Shown: piece by piece, positions 25,501-36,350 of the stretch
How positions within the stretch are numbered: position 1 is the stretch's first letter
Layout: every line of letters begins with the position of its first letter
Source of the DNA: Podarcis bocagei
Lineage: Eukaryota
Assembly (NCBI GenBank): GCA_964188305.1
Contig: OZ076887.1
Length of the DNA: 64,000 nt
Strand: one strand, 5' to 3'
The notes under the pieces: generated by a model
Seen by the model: only the letters and a program-made list of their open reading frames with translations
What the model was told of the DNA's origin: nothing
Database searches by the model: none
Program-made: the position numbers and the translations under genes

Positions 25501-27618
25501 TGGAATAAATCAACACTGTGTTTCAAACTTGCTTAGCTGGCTAAATCCCTAAGTCTTTGCAAGCTGCTGTTTCTACCTTCAGACGTTTGAGTGACTATCT
25601 GAGGTACACTTATTCCGAACACTAAAGAAATCTGTGAACCCCTTTGAAGCCCAGTCTGTGCAGGTTTACTCAGAAGTCAGTTCTCTCTAACTTCATGGAA
25701 TGTTTAGGATTTTGGAGTTAATTATTTCTCCTACTATACTGAGAACAATTTAAGGATTCACTGAACAGGGATCACTATGCACAAATAGTATATAAACTCT
25801 GAGCGAACAAAGTTAAATATAAATCTGTCAAGGTTTGATATCCAAGTTGGCAGCCGAAACATTTGTTGGAAACTGATCTTCATTTGAATAGCATGTTTAG
25901 CATTTCAATAGATATGCCCAATTGATTGAGCTTTAGATAAAATAGCTATGCAAGAATAATCCGTATTCATGAGAATATGTCATCTTGAGTTTTGATGCAT
26001 CTTCAGATCATTGCATTGGACACTTTGAACTACCTGTTCTTCAGGAATGTGCATAATTGTGCATAATCCTTTATGCATCCCTGCTTCATAGCTATATATG
26101 GCAACTGAATTCTTGGGTAGTACCCTGAGGCTTGTGGGGAACACTTGGTGACTTCCTAATATGGTAGTGGACTGTGTTTCTCTCTTACATTTTGTGCCCT
26201 CCTCGTGAAGGTGAAGTAGCGAATAGAAAGGCAAAGGAAGTTGTAGGGAAATAGATCCTTTTCCCAGCATGCTTAGTTGTTTAACGCATCCATTTTCACC
26301 TGCCTAGGAAATTCTTACAGTAAATGGTAGTGGCAAGGGAAATTAAGGAAGGTCTTCTTTCTGCAAAGGTTTTGACAATGCTTTAAAAAATGCATTACTG
26401 AAAGACATGCTAAATGGATTTATTGATTGTATTGAAATGGAACGCTAAACATGATTTCAGAGTTCTCTTGGTCCAGCATCCTGCAAATGAGACACTTCTG
26501 AAAACCTTCTTATAGGGCAGATTAAGACTGATAGTTGAGTTAATGTGCTAATAGGAAATTTCCTCCATTGACAATGTTTTGGGGCATGGATGCTGTTTGT
26601 ATAATGCAACAACACTGAATCGGAAGGTATATTGAAATAAATAAGCTGGTTGTGCAAACTGCACACCATTTCTAATACTTGATAAGTCTCTTTCTGTGGC
26701 ATAGGCCACTCTGAAAAATTGTTTGCTAATCCCACTACAGGGTACAGCCCAGTACTAACACCTCTCTGTATATATCCTGCAGTATTTGGAAGTGCAGCTT
26801 ATTAGTTGTAACAAAAGTTTTATCCATAGTGAGGCACATATAATTATTCTTTTTTTACTTTAATCTATTTCAAGTAGAATATACATTTTAGCATTCTTAA
26901 TACTGTACGGCCTTGAAAGATGTGAAATTGAGTAAAGGATACACAATAACTGCAAATAATCAAAATACACACAAAGTGACACTGGGGATTCTGATTTAAT
27001 ACTGTATATATTTGTTTTTTAAAATATATATACTATTTGTACTAACTTTTATTTTTTGGTTACAGTTGGTGTAGTTCAGAAGGCAAAGATGATCCAATTG
27101 AAGCATCTAAAGACAGCATATTTGTGAAAATTCTACAAAAGCTGTTCAAAGAAGGTAGATATTGTTGTGTGAAATAAGCTCAGAAATAAGTTTTTGTGAG
27201 TTCTCTGCTTACATATATTTACATCAAATGGTGTTAATATCATTAGTAGTCAAGATATAAACACAGCAGGCAAAATTGAAAATAAGGCATGGTGTTTGCT
27301 AAGGGCAGAAAGGAATTGCCAAATGTGGTTTGAAAATAAAACTTACCCATTGATGATAGTGCTTGGAAAAATTATCACTGTATCCCAGGCCTAGACAAGT
27401 TATTCTGAAATGTAGGTACGCATTTCAATGATCACTCAACGTTTATAGTTTACAGTAGCTAATAACTTCTTTCTGTTTTAGGAATTCAGCTCAGTGAATA
27501 TCTACCTGGGGTAAAAGACTTAATGCAAGCAGATGAACTTGAACACTTAACATGCAAACCGTACTTAGAATTCGTACTTAAAGCAAATTACGAACTTTAC
27601 GTCTATAGGCAGACCTGA
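1418..27618 (+). CDS. NUP133: Nuclear pore complex protein Nup133, complete 26-exon CDS (1147 aa)
   Basis: join(1418-1590,2411-2529,3948-4051,4792-4899,5579-5710,5970-6140,6525-6680,6759-6829,7733-7880,8290-8434,8960-9117,9296-9387,11584-11747,11862-11953,12038-12262,12827-12949,13450-13549,14830-15072,16109-16242,16768-16926,18387-18522,19688-19806,22274-22354,23511-23575,27066-27154,27482-27618). All introns are GT-AG, phases are consistent and the total is 3444 nt. Peptides such as [29 protein letters not shown] and [18 protein letters not shown] match recalled human NUP133. Confidence 0.96.
2411..2529 (+). CDS. NUP133: NUP133 exon 2
   Basis: [39 protein letters not shown]; TAG acceptor, GTAAGT donor. 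Confidence 0.93.
2720..3330 (+). mobile_element. Decayed LINE (L2-like) RT/3' fragment in NUP133 intron 2
   Basis: Degenerate RT C-terminal-like text (LHWLP-like CACTGATTGCCAGT, GTTTTGACC...AAATGGTCTG) resembling squamate L2-type repeats. Family assignment is from recall. Confidence 0.45.
3948..4051 (+). CDS. NUP133: NUP133 exon 3
   Basis: [34 protein letters not shown]; AG/GT ends. Confidence 0.93.
4792..4899 (+). CDS. NUP133: NUP133 exon 4
   Basis: [36 protein letters not shown]; AG/GT ends. Confidence 0.93.
5579..5710 (+). CDS. NUP133: NUP133 exon 5
   Basis: [22 protein letters not shown]...SFLTAVK; AAG acceptor, GT donor. Confidence 0.9.
5970..6140 (+). CDS. NUP133: NUP133 exon 6 (contains the ALPS motif)
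   Basis: [10 protein letters not shown]...[29 protein letters not shown]; AG/GT ends. Confidence 0.93.
6525..6680 (+). CDS. NUP133: NUP133 exon 7
   Basis: [18 protein letters not shown]...ENIMESIW; AG/GT ends. Confidence 0.93.
6759..6829 (+). CDS. NUP133: NUP133 exon 8
   Basis: [23 protein letters not shown]; follows a 78-nt intron. Confidence 0.92.
7221..7644. mobile_element. Tc1/mariner (Tc2/pogo-like) MITE in NUP133 intron 8
   Basis: TIRs CTGTATTTTTCGGCCCATAGGGCGCAC and GTGCGTCCTATAGGGCGAAAAATACGG, with TA on both sides (7219-7220, 7645-7646). Confidence 0.85.
7733..7880 (+). CDS. NUP133: NUP133 exon 9
   Basis: [11 protein letters not shown]...[11 protein letters not shown]; AG/GT ends. 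Confidence 0.93.
8290..8434 (+). CDS. NUP133: NUP133 exon 10
   Basis: [15 protein letters not shown]...[19 protein letters not shown]; AG/GT ends. Confidence 0.92.
8610..8689. repeat. About 80-bp imperfect palindromic repeat (MITE-like)
   Basis: Outer arms CAATCCTATACA / TGTATAGAATTG and inner arms AAGTAAGTCCCATTGA / TCAATTGGCCTTACTT. Related copies occur elsewhere in the window. Confidence 0.7.
8960..9117 (+). CDS. NUP133: NUP133 exon 11
   Basis: [23 protein letters not shown]...[12 protein letters not shown]; AG/GT ends. Confidence 0.93.
9296..9387 (+). CDS. NUP133: NUP133 exon 12
   Basis: [30 protein letters not shown]; AG/GT ends. Confidence 0.92.
11584..11747 (+). CDS. NUP133: NUP133 exon 13
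   Basis: [14 protein letters not shown]...[16 protein letters not shown]; AG/GT ends. Confidence 0.93.
11862..11953 (+). CDS. NUP133: NUP133 exon 14 (start 11862 or 11865, tandem acceptor)
   Basis: [30 protein letters not shown]; AAGCAG tandem acceptor, GT donor at 11954. Confidence 0.85.
12038..12262 (+). CDS. NUP133: NUP133 exon 15
   Basis: VGLFGRLG...LLCEHAEKL...[10 protein letters not shown]. Confidence 0.94.
12827..12949 (+). CDS. NUP133: NUP133 exon 16
   Basis: [13 protein letters not shown]...VVNVNNIIK; AG/GT ends. Confidence 0.93.
13450..13549 (+). CDS. NUP133: NUP133 exon 17
   Basis: [33 protein letters not shown]; AG/GT ends. Confidence 0.93.
14830..15072 (+). CDS. NUP133: NUP133 exon 18
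   Basis: [14 protein letters not shown]...[15 protein letters not shown]...RSELLSPL. Confidence 0.92.
16109..16242 (+). CDS. NUP133: NUP133 exon 19
   Basis: [23 protein letters not shown]...RYMTQFADQ. Confidence 0.94.
16768..16926 (+). CDS. NUP133: NUP133 exon 20
   Basis: [23 protein letters not shown]...[13 protein letters not shown]. Confidence 0.94.
18281..18321. repeat. (TG)n microsatellite
   Basis: TG run with one TA interruption. Confidence 0.95.
18387..18522 (+). CDS. NUP133: NUP133 exon 21
   Basis: [28 protein letters not shown]...NEKIE. Confidence 0.94.
18724..18948. mobile_element. Tc1/mariner (Tigger-like) MITE, CAGTGGTACCTC family
   Basis: Perfect 18-bp TIRs CAGTGGTACCTCGGGTTA and TAACCCGAGGTACCACTG, TA on both flanks. 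Confidence 0.9.
19688..19806 (+). CDS. NUP133: NUP133 exon 22
   Basis: [19 protein letters not shown]...[11 protein letters not shown]. Confidence 0.93.
21790..21940 (-). mobile_element. tRNA-derived squamate SINE (Squam3-like), internally deleted
   Basis: The reverse complement matches both head and tail of the copy at 54000-54190. Confidence 0.7.
22274..22354 (+). CDS. NUP133: NUP133 exon 23
   Basis: [27 protein letters not shown]; TAG acceptor, GT donor. Confidence 0.94.
23511..23575 (+). CDS. NUP133: NUP133 exon 24
   Basis: [21 protein letters not shown]; long pyrimidine tract, GTAAG donor. Confidence 0.9.
27066..27154 (+). CDS. NUP133: NUP133 exon 25
   Basis: [29 protein letters not shown]. 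Confidence 0.94.
27482..27618 (+). CDS. NUP133: NUP133 exon 26 (terminal)
   Basis: [19 protein letters not shown]...[16 protein letters not shown] followed by TGA. Confidence 0.94.
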
Positions 27619-27688
27619 GAGAATTCTGAATTTTAGAAAGACCATTTCTAAAGAATGAAGTTTTTGTACACTTTTTAAATTTTTTTGC

Positions 27689-27694
27689 AATAAA
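27689..27694 (+). terminator. Probable NUP133 polyadenylation signal AATAAA
   Basis: First AATAAA, about 70 nt after the stop codon, with TGTA and U-rich sequence upstream. Confidence 0.65.
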
Positions 27695-30039
27695 ATCTTT
27701 ATGTTAACTAAGAACATGTCCGTCTTTAAAATGGTAAAGAATTCATTGAGTATCTAGAAGGTTTGGTGGCCTTTCCACCTGACAAAGACAAAAACTTACA
27801 AAGCTTAAGAAAACTGTTCTGTGCACTCTCAAGATAAGCTTTAAAACATGGTTTGGAACAGACATCTCCTCTTGCTTCAGTAATCCAACTTCTGACTTGT
27901 GCTCTGCTTCTGTAAGTAAATGAATATAATCCATCCAATTTTCAATCTTATCCCGAAGAATGCTTTTTATTCAGTTACAAACACACTGCAGGTCCACAGA
28001 TACTTTATACATAAATAATGAAAGTTTTGGTGCTCACCACAAAGCGGTATCACGTTCTACTACCATCTAGGTAAGGGCACGAAGACTAGAAAGCTGTTCT
28101 CTGCCTGCCACTCTTGGAAGAGTCTCTTCTCTGTTTGATACCAGGCTGTTTTGAGTTGCTGGGTTGCTGTACAATCCACAGAATTTATACATTCTAATGC
28201 TTTGAGTAGATAGCTAACTTTATTAGTCTTAGTGGCTTTAATCTGACAAATGTCACGGGAGAATCTTTCTTACAGACTGCTAAGCATGCACAGATTGACT
28301 GCAAAGCAACTTGCCTCTCCTCACATTTTACTTTATGCCTTGGCTAAATGCCTATTAGAAGAACTTGATCCAACAGCTGAGAAGGTCATAAGTTAAATCA
28401 GTTGAAGAGAGTCCAATTTCTAGTTTTAAAAGCCCTGCTATCATTCCATGGCTTCCCTTCTTGCTGTGCTAATACGGCGCTAAGAGCGGAGGAGCTGAAT
28501 GTGTTCGGAAAAATAGACTTATCTGGACATGTTCAAACCAATGTAGAAAAGAAATGCATTAGCACCACTGGAAATAGATCGCAAGTTCTGCATAGCAGAG
28601 AGGGGCTCAGTGTACTTGATAGCAATAATTAAGTAGAGTATCTTGGGTATTTATCTAGAGAATAATGGAGTTTAAAATATGACTTAAAATGGATAGTGAT
28701 AAAATGAAGCTATTTCTCTCCCTAGACTTTACTGCTTGGCTTTGTGTCTAGTAATATGGACTGAAGGTTCTGCTAGAATTCCCCTCCTGTTGTCTCTAAA
28801 ACCCGCTTAGCTTGCTTTGTTGTATTTAACACGGACGAGTGCTGCTTAACCCCCATCAGCTGGAAATTCTGTTACTGCTGTCTGAAGACCTCAGAGTCAA
28901 TTGGAGGTTCCCCCATCCGATGTCACTGTTTATTGACCAAAATACATTTGGTGAGAGTATGTTGCTCATAGAGTTTTTGTAAGCCCCATCCTCTGCAAGT
29001 TTACTCAAAAGCAAGTCTCACATGAGCTTACTCCCATGAAGGTGTGCATAGGGTTACAGTCTTCACAAGTGTGAAATCAGGAAGAGTAATTCCATTATGT
29101 TTTAGTGCATCACTGTACAATGACCTGTTGATGTTGATACCCAGTGGGGAGTCACCTTGCTTAAAGATCGCAGGGCTAGGGAGTGGATTTTGTTTGAGAG
29201 TTTGGCTTCTGTAAGCATGGGTTTGCAGCCTTCCCATAAGAATCTAGTGAATGGCAATTGCAAGAACTAACTATGTGATGATAAAATGGGTCATCTGAAT
29301 ATACCCACAGAATACCTTTGGAAGATTTATCAATAATATGAATTCATCTTACTGGAGATTATATGTATTTCTTCAATATCAATCCACTGATATTACAAAA
29401 AAGGGCAACATTTGAAGCACATTATACTGATCAGCTCTACTGAATTGGGGAAATTCATTTCTACAGGATGTTTTAATCGGTAAGTTATTTAGCTGAGTGG
29501 AAAAGTTGGATTAGTATGTGAGATAACTATCAAACGTGGCAGTTTGTTTTAATGTTGCACCTTAAAAGTGACTCTTCTGAAAACATTCTATGATTTAAAG
29601 CAATAGGCAAGGGTGTAAAGTTGTTACTTTCATCTAGACAGACTTGAGAACCTACAGCAATTTCTCCTATGGAGATCGGCTTTACTCTTAGACCAGCTCT
29701 CGTTGCTGGAATTTGACCTGCCTTGTCTCTGTTATAGCTGAGTACTAACAAAATATTAGTTTAATCCTTCATGCCTATCTTCCTACATCCTAATCCCTAA
29801 GAATGTTTACAACGGAAATGACCACTTGCTTGGAGAGAGCAGAAAAACTGATGTTTAGTCATTTTTTGCATTTAGTTTATATACTGTTGGCATGGATATT
29901 TGTAAAAGGACATGCATCATAAGGCAACATTGTGTCAGAAGTTTGCATAACTGAAGATCACAAAGTCTGCTTTTATGTTCTGTAGCTTGGTTGGTATGAT
30001 CAACGTTAACAATCTGAGTGCAGGTAACAAATTATAATA

Positions 30040-30253
30040 CAGGCAACTCCCCATTTATGCAAGGGTTATGTTCCAAGGCACCACACGTTTCAGTGAAATA
30101 GTGTATATTTGAAATGCCATTGGAAAAGCCTGCAAACACCCCATTCCGCCCCCATCCCTTTTTGTGATGTTTTTTGGTCGCTTCCGGGTTCAGTCCAATG
30201 CACATATGCACGGCCGTGCACATATTGAAAGTGTGTAAATGGGAGGTTGCCTG
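30040..30253. mobile_element. Tigger-like MITE
   Basis: TIRs CAGGCAACTCCCCATTTA and TAAATGGGAGGTTGCCTG, TA on both flanks. Confidence 0.8.
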
Positions 30254-33200
30254 TAATCCCGTATGTTAAAAGCAACTTCATTTTCTGAGTGTGGATCCCT
30301 GTCCAGTAAAATGTCATCACCCATGCTGAAGAAAGGCTTATCAGCCAGCTTGGGGAAATCCCATGGCTTGCAAAAATATATAAAAAATAAGGGACTCAAT
30401 AAAGCTCTGAGCATGGACAGTAGCCACAGGATGCTGGCTGACTTGTGGAAAATGAATGGGACAGGGAATGGGGTATCTGAGAAGAGGCACGGCTGGAACC
30501 CTAGACAGCAACACTTTCCACTGCAAGAAATTCCACTTGTTGCAGGCTCCACATGTTCATTCATTCTTAAGTGCTTGGGGGAGGGAGCGTGATAAGAGGC
30601 TATATAGAACTGAGAACCTCCCTGCAAGTTTACAATCTTAAGATTAGAATTCAATACACAAGAGGGGATTTATGCCTCATGATAAACTTGGGCCATCCCA
30701 CATCATGAATCCAAAACTCCAGGGCAGTTGCATCTGTAAGACACCTCAGCAGTGTATCAGGCCCGGCTCTGGGTGCAACACACTTGCAGGTGTTGCCAAG
30801 AACACCCAAAACATGCATAAATGAACAAAATTGGGATTGTGCACCCCAAACTTAGTTTCGGTCACCCCTGCACCATCCATCCACATGTCCAGCAGAGTAG
30901 AAGAGGAGGCAGCATATGAACCAATGTTTCATTTTGGCACAAGCCACTCTCAAGCATAGTGTCTGTAGAAATTAATAACGCACCAGTTTGAGCTGCCCAA
31001 ATGTGTCTGCTTGAAGTTTGAGCATGCATGCACTGACATGTATTATGACAAACTTGTAAGACTAGATACGTTCAGAACAATCTCTTAACAACTGAAATTT
31101 AGAGGTTTCTTGTGAGATTTGCATAAATGCTGTTAATATAAAGTAAATTTGCACAGAATGCTGGTTGGGATGCTTCAAATAACTATATCAAAACATACAG
31201 TAAAGAGTTCCACCAGGCTGCAGTTTTATACCCACTCTCTAGAGAATAAATCCCATTTAATTTCAGTGGGTATAAAAATATTCTGAGTAGATATATATTG
31301 GATGGCACTGTTAGTAACGTAATAAATTTTTGACACACAGACTATATGATGGGTGCAGGTCTTGTCACCTATTCCCTACTCTCGAGATATAGATGCTTCC
31401 AAAAATCATGTTCTGGAATGATATGTAATAAACCGCATGGGAAGAATTTACTGCTTTTAGTGGTATGGCTCAAGAACTGTGGATTGTATCCAAGTCATCC
31501 TGTTCCCACCAGGACTTGTTCCCACTGTGAGATTTCCCCTCCCTCTTCTCTAATATGCTCCATAGGATCAAGGGAACTCCCCAAAAGAGATTTGGGAAGC
31601 ACACAGGGATTGGAGGGAGGAAGTTCTGTTACACAAGTGGAAGTTCCAGCACCAGCAAAAAAACTTTATAGGATACAACCCTATTTAAATGTTTCCAGAT
31701 GTGAACATTTAGAAATGTCTATTTTACATACAGATTAACACAATTTAAGTGCAGTGGATCATAGCATCACAGTGGAATGCAATTCAGATACATAATCCAA
31801 CCTAATTCGTGTATATTGTTGTTTAAAGCAGTTTGGGGTATTATATGGGACACAGATGGCCTCACTTTCTAACCGGAACTACAAATGAAGTATTGGTTTT
31901 TTTTACAGAGAATGTCTTCAGTAAGGTTGAAGGGGATGAAGGTCCAAAGTCCCGTACTTCCTTCACTTTGAAAATGCAAAAGTATATACATGTGCATTTC
32001 CGTTCTAAAAGATACATGGGAAATCCTGAATTACTATTATTTTGCCTAACACAAGTACAACTAACCATGCAATGTGCACATAACAAATTAGGCCATGGCG
32101 TAATTTCAATGTGAGATTATGGTGTCTTTAAATCTTACATATTGGGGTGGCGGACTGCAGGGACAGGGTCCCAATGCAGTCCTCCCAAGTTTCTCTATCT
32201 GGTCTTCTCCCCACCCCATGCCCTCCCCACTAAGACCCTGTCCCTCACATGTCCTTCTTGGCACCCAAGTGTTTTTGCCTTGAACTCCAATACCACCTTG
32301 CCTGCATGGAGAACAGAGAGGTGGATGGGGGTGGGGTGGGTGTGTAGAGACTAGTCTACTGTATAAAAGTAAAATTTACATGGGTTGTTCCACCCTCATT
32401 TGCCCCTAGCCCCACCCACCACTGCCATGTGGCATTTGGAACATGGAACATGCCCAGGAGGGAATGCAGTCCTTGAGCTGAAAAACATTCCTCACCCCTA
32501 AATAGATGTGTTTTTTCACATGTACGAGTCCAAATGTACAAAACTGGGTGCTTGCCGTCAGAGTGGGTCTTCGTCCTATTGCTGTTGTGAATGCCTGTAG
32601 TTTAGCCAGTAATGAAAACATGCTACCAGTGTCACCAAATTGCAGCAAGGGACATAATGGTGTGTCATCTGCAATCATGCAGGCAGTAGGACTATAAGAT
32701 CTCCAAGGTGCCTTACAACTCTTAAAAGGCTATGATTCCGTAACCAATTTCCTAGTGAGTCTTGATGATTCTGAAAACAGGTTTAAACAGGCATGTGCAC
32801 AACGGCTGGTGAAATCTCCAGTTGGATGTGCTGCAGGGGGAGCTTGGAAGTTGCAATGGAGGAATGGGACTAGGCTTCAGTGTTCCATATTGCATCTTAC
32901 CCTCACTTGTTGCCTACAACCTGCCAACCTCTGCTATAAAGACACTGTTAACCTCTCAGGAAACCTCTGATTGCTGCAACACACTTGGGGCTTCCTTTGA
33001 AAAGCATTCAGAAACTACAGCTAGTGCAGAATTCAGCAGCCAATTGTTGACTGGAACCAGGCAGTCAAAGCATATCTGACTGCATTGGTTGTCAGTTTGG
33101 GACCCCGATATCTTAAGGACTGCATCTCTCCATCGGAACCTACCCAGATCCTGCTAATACCATCAAGACGTCCTTCTCTGTGTGCCCAACCTCTCCCCTA

Positions 33201-35379
33201 CCACAAGAGGTGTGGTAGGTGGCAAGGCAAAAAAAATTCTGTGTATGTATGTAAAGCAAAACTCAATAAAAATTATAAAAAAGAATGGGCTTGTCCAGTG
33301 TTGTCGCCATTTGTAGAATGCTTTTTCTAGGGAAACATATCTGGCATTGTCATTGTCAACTTTCAGAAGCTAGGCAAAGCATTGTTGTTCACCTAGGCTT
33401 TTAAGTTGTTAAATAGGATCATACTAGAGTCTGATTTAGGGGTTTTATTTGGCAGGGGAGGCTTTTTCCCAGCAGTATTGTTGGATGAATACTTTTTACA
33501 TAAAATGTGCACTTTTGTTGCATTTTCTTGATGGATTTTTTTAATGTTTGTTAATCTTGTTGCTTTGAGTCACGCTTTGTGTAGAAAGTGACAAATAAAT
33601 GCTGATGATGATTGTAATATTCCCATGGTTAGCAAATACATTTGTTTTTACATAATTTAAAGTTACAATATTGACTTCGTTCAATCCTGCCTGCAAAGTT
33701 CTTGAAAATAATCAGCGTCTATTCGAAGGGCTGCAAGTATAGCTGTTACTTCCTCTTACTTTTGGCAGGGTGTTTGTACTGTCCTCCTAAGGTATCTGTT
33801 CAGTCCAGTCCTCTCCATAAGTGGCTGGTGCCCTGGCTCATCCTAAAGGGGACTGGACTTCCACCCTTTCTCCAATCCCAAAACTGCCATTAACCACCTC
33901 CATGACCATAACTAGATATGAATCTCTTTAGATTTTTTTTTTTAAAGTCAGTGTACCCAAGTGGTATAAATAGCCTAAAGTGCGGCAGGGCCCATGGTGT
34001 ATGGTAACTGTTCAGTGTAGTCTGGCAGTTAGCCAGACCCTTAGATATTTATCATCCTCTATATATAAAACTGATTTTGCACAGCATTTTGAATTGTAGA
34101 GAAAAAGGTTAGGAGCTCCCCTACCCCAATAACAAATTCCTTTGACGTCTCTCCTGATTTGTTTCTGAGCTGATCTTGTACAAGGCTTTCAATAAGCTTT
34201 TCTCATACAATATTGCATGGAAATAGACTTCACTGTGCTCCAGTCTACCTGACAGCCCCATTTAACTGGCATATATCTTGAGAACTGGTGTTGCCAGCCA
34301 GAAGGGAGAGGCCTAGATTATCAGCCCAGTTCGGCCATGATTGTCTAGGGCACATCCTAATTCCTCATGTAAAACTGTTCTTCACATGTAAACGTTGGTA
34401 AATATTGATTTAGTTCACACAGCTGGAGTTTAATAAACTGTTAATTAGTACAGATTAGACATGACAATCTATACAAAACTTGCAGTGAAAGATCACATTT
34501 CAATAGCCACACAGTCCAGTGAGGACAGAGATGTAAAATGGTTTCATACTTGTTCCCTTCAGTGTATACAGTATGTTGTATTTTGTGAATGTGGTTCAAC
34601 TATGCCGAGCTCTAGCAACCGATTAACACCTTGAACCAGCCTGCTAATTAATATGTTTTTCCTGTGATACCTCCCTGATCCAAATACTTAGAAGCAAATC
34701 ATTGATTTCAGTAAAAAAAAATCCATCTCATAATGTCTTTGTTAGTAACGTGGCATTGTTTGCCACTGCAAACACAAGAGGTACAGTAATTCTGGGGTAG
34801 ACAGAGCAGATCAATAGAGATTTTCTGTATGTGTCCTAATTCAATTTTAAACACTTTCCTGTACAATAAACCCATTTGCTTCCATTCCTTCTCCCAATGT
34901 GATCTTAGCATCCTATACTGGAAGAATGCGAGTTCATGAAATGTGCCCTACATCGGATTAAAATTAACCCACAACAAAAGCGTGTGATTTTATGAATGAG
35001 CCCTAGACCACAATAATTGATCCTGAATGAAGAGGTGTGATACAAGAGCTCTAAAAAGTAGCATTAGTCTGAGATAAAAGGGTGTGCTTGTTTATGTGGT
35101 TTCAGACAGGAGAGATGAATTAGCGGCCGAATTTAAGAAAACGAAAAAACCAAAGGTACGCTCCTTAAGGCTGCAATCCTACCACACTAACCAGGGAATG
35201 AGTTCCTTCCAAGTAAGCATGCACAGGTTGACCCCAGCCTTGTTCACACCTTGCACCGAACACAGGTACAAGCGTATGTGAAAGAGTGTACACGTGAACA
35301 AGTCGGTACAACTGCGTATGCAGGTTACACACTCACTGAATGCAACCCTTACAGTAAAAAGTACTTGAGTTCAGCACGG

Positions 35380-36350
35380 GTCCAAACCTATCTTGGGCGC
35401 CCCGAGCAGCTAAGACGGCCCTGCTCCGAATCCTGGCCCGCCCTGACTTACCTGGGAGTAAAGCCTATTGAACAAAGCAGGCCTGTTTGCTGGCCAATTC
35501 CCCTTCCCGCTCCGCAGGCGGGACGAGGCTGAGCGAGGGGGGTCCCAGAGCCGCTGCTGGCCAGCTCCTTCCCGGCGCGGCCGAGAGGGAAACGCGGCGG
35601 GCTGGACAGGCGCGTAGGCCGCAGCCTCGCCTCCCCTCCCGCCCTCAGCCCCGGGCCGTTTCCTTCCTCCCCCTTTTCCTTCCTTCCTCCCCTCCTTCCC
35701 GGGGCCTGCCTGCCCGGCACCCCCCTCCCCGAGCCGGGGGCTTCTTTCTCCTTTCAGGGCATGGCGGCTCGGGGGACTATTTGGGACAGGAGCCCTCCTG
35801 GCCCGGGGGGCGGAGGAGGTCCCGGCCGGCAGACACTCCTTATACGGCCCGGCCCGTGTTACCTGGGCGCGGGCCAGGCGCTCCTTCTTTGGGCAGCCCC
35901 GCGGCAGCGCAAGGGGCCTGGGGGGCTCCGGCCAGGCCGCCCGGGCTCGCTCGGTGCCCGACACCCAAATATGGAGACATTCCTGTGGGTCGGCGGCAAG
36001 GGAGGGAAGAGCCCGGCCGGGAGCCTATATAAAACCCACCGGGCTTCCTCGCAAGCCCACCGAGCTGTAAGAGCTGGGAGAAGCAGCAACCGGAGCTAAG
36101 AGCCAGGAACCAACCCGAAGGTGAGGAGCGGGCGGGCAAGGGGGATGGATCCGGGCAGGACCACATGATGTGGGGGGAACTCCCAGCTACGCGGCCCGGG
36201 GGATACCCGGGAGAGGGAAGGTGGAGACATCGCAAAGCCAGCCCCGATAGGAGGGAGCCTTCCAACTCCTCTCCGGTGCAAAGCAGAAATGGGCAACAGG
36301 GAGCAGAAAGCAGCTGCGTCCAGCCTTCTCCGCCTGGCGTTCTTCAATTG
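35380..36350 (+). promoter_or_regulatory. ACTA1 CpG-island promoter: three CArG boxes, M-CAT, TATA
   Basis: CCTTATACGG 35838-35847, CCTTCTTTGG 35883-35892, CCAAATATGG 35965-35974, CATTCCT 35978-35984, TATATAAAA 36026-36034. Confidence 0.92.
36056..36120 (+). other. ACTA1: ACTA1 non-coding exon 1 (start approximate)
   Basis: Begins about 25-30 nt after the TATA box and ends at the AAG|GTGAGG donor. The next acceptor is CTCCAG|37981, 12 nt before the ATG. Confidence 0.75.

Noticed and set aside
1591-27481. U12-type introns or intronic snoRNAs in NUP133
   Set aside because: No donor matches RTATCCTT and I recognised no convincing C/D or H/ACA structure by eye. A covariance-model (Infernal/Rfam) scan was not possible.
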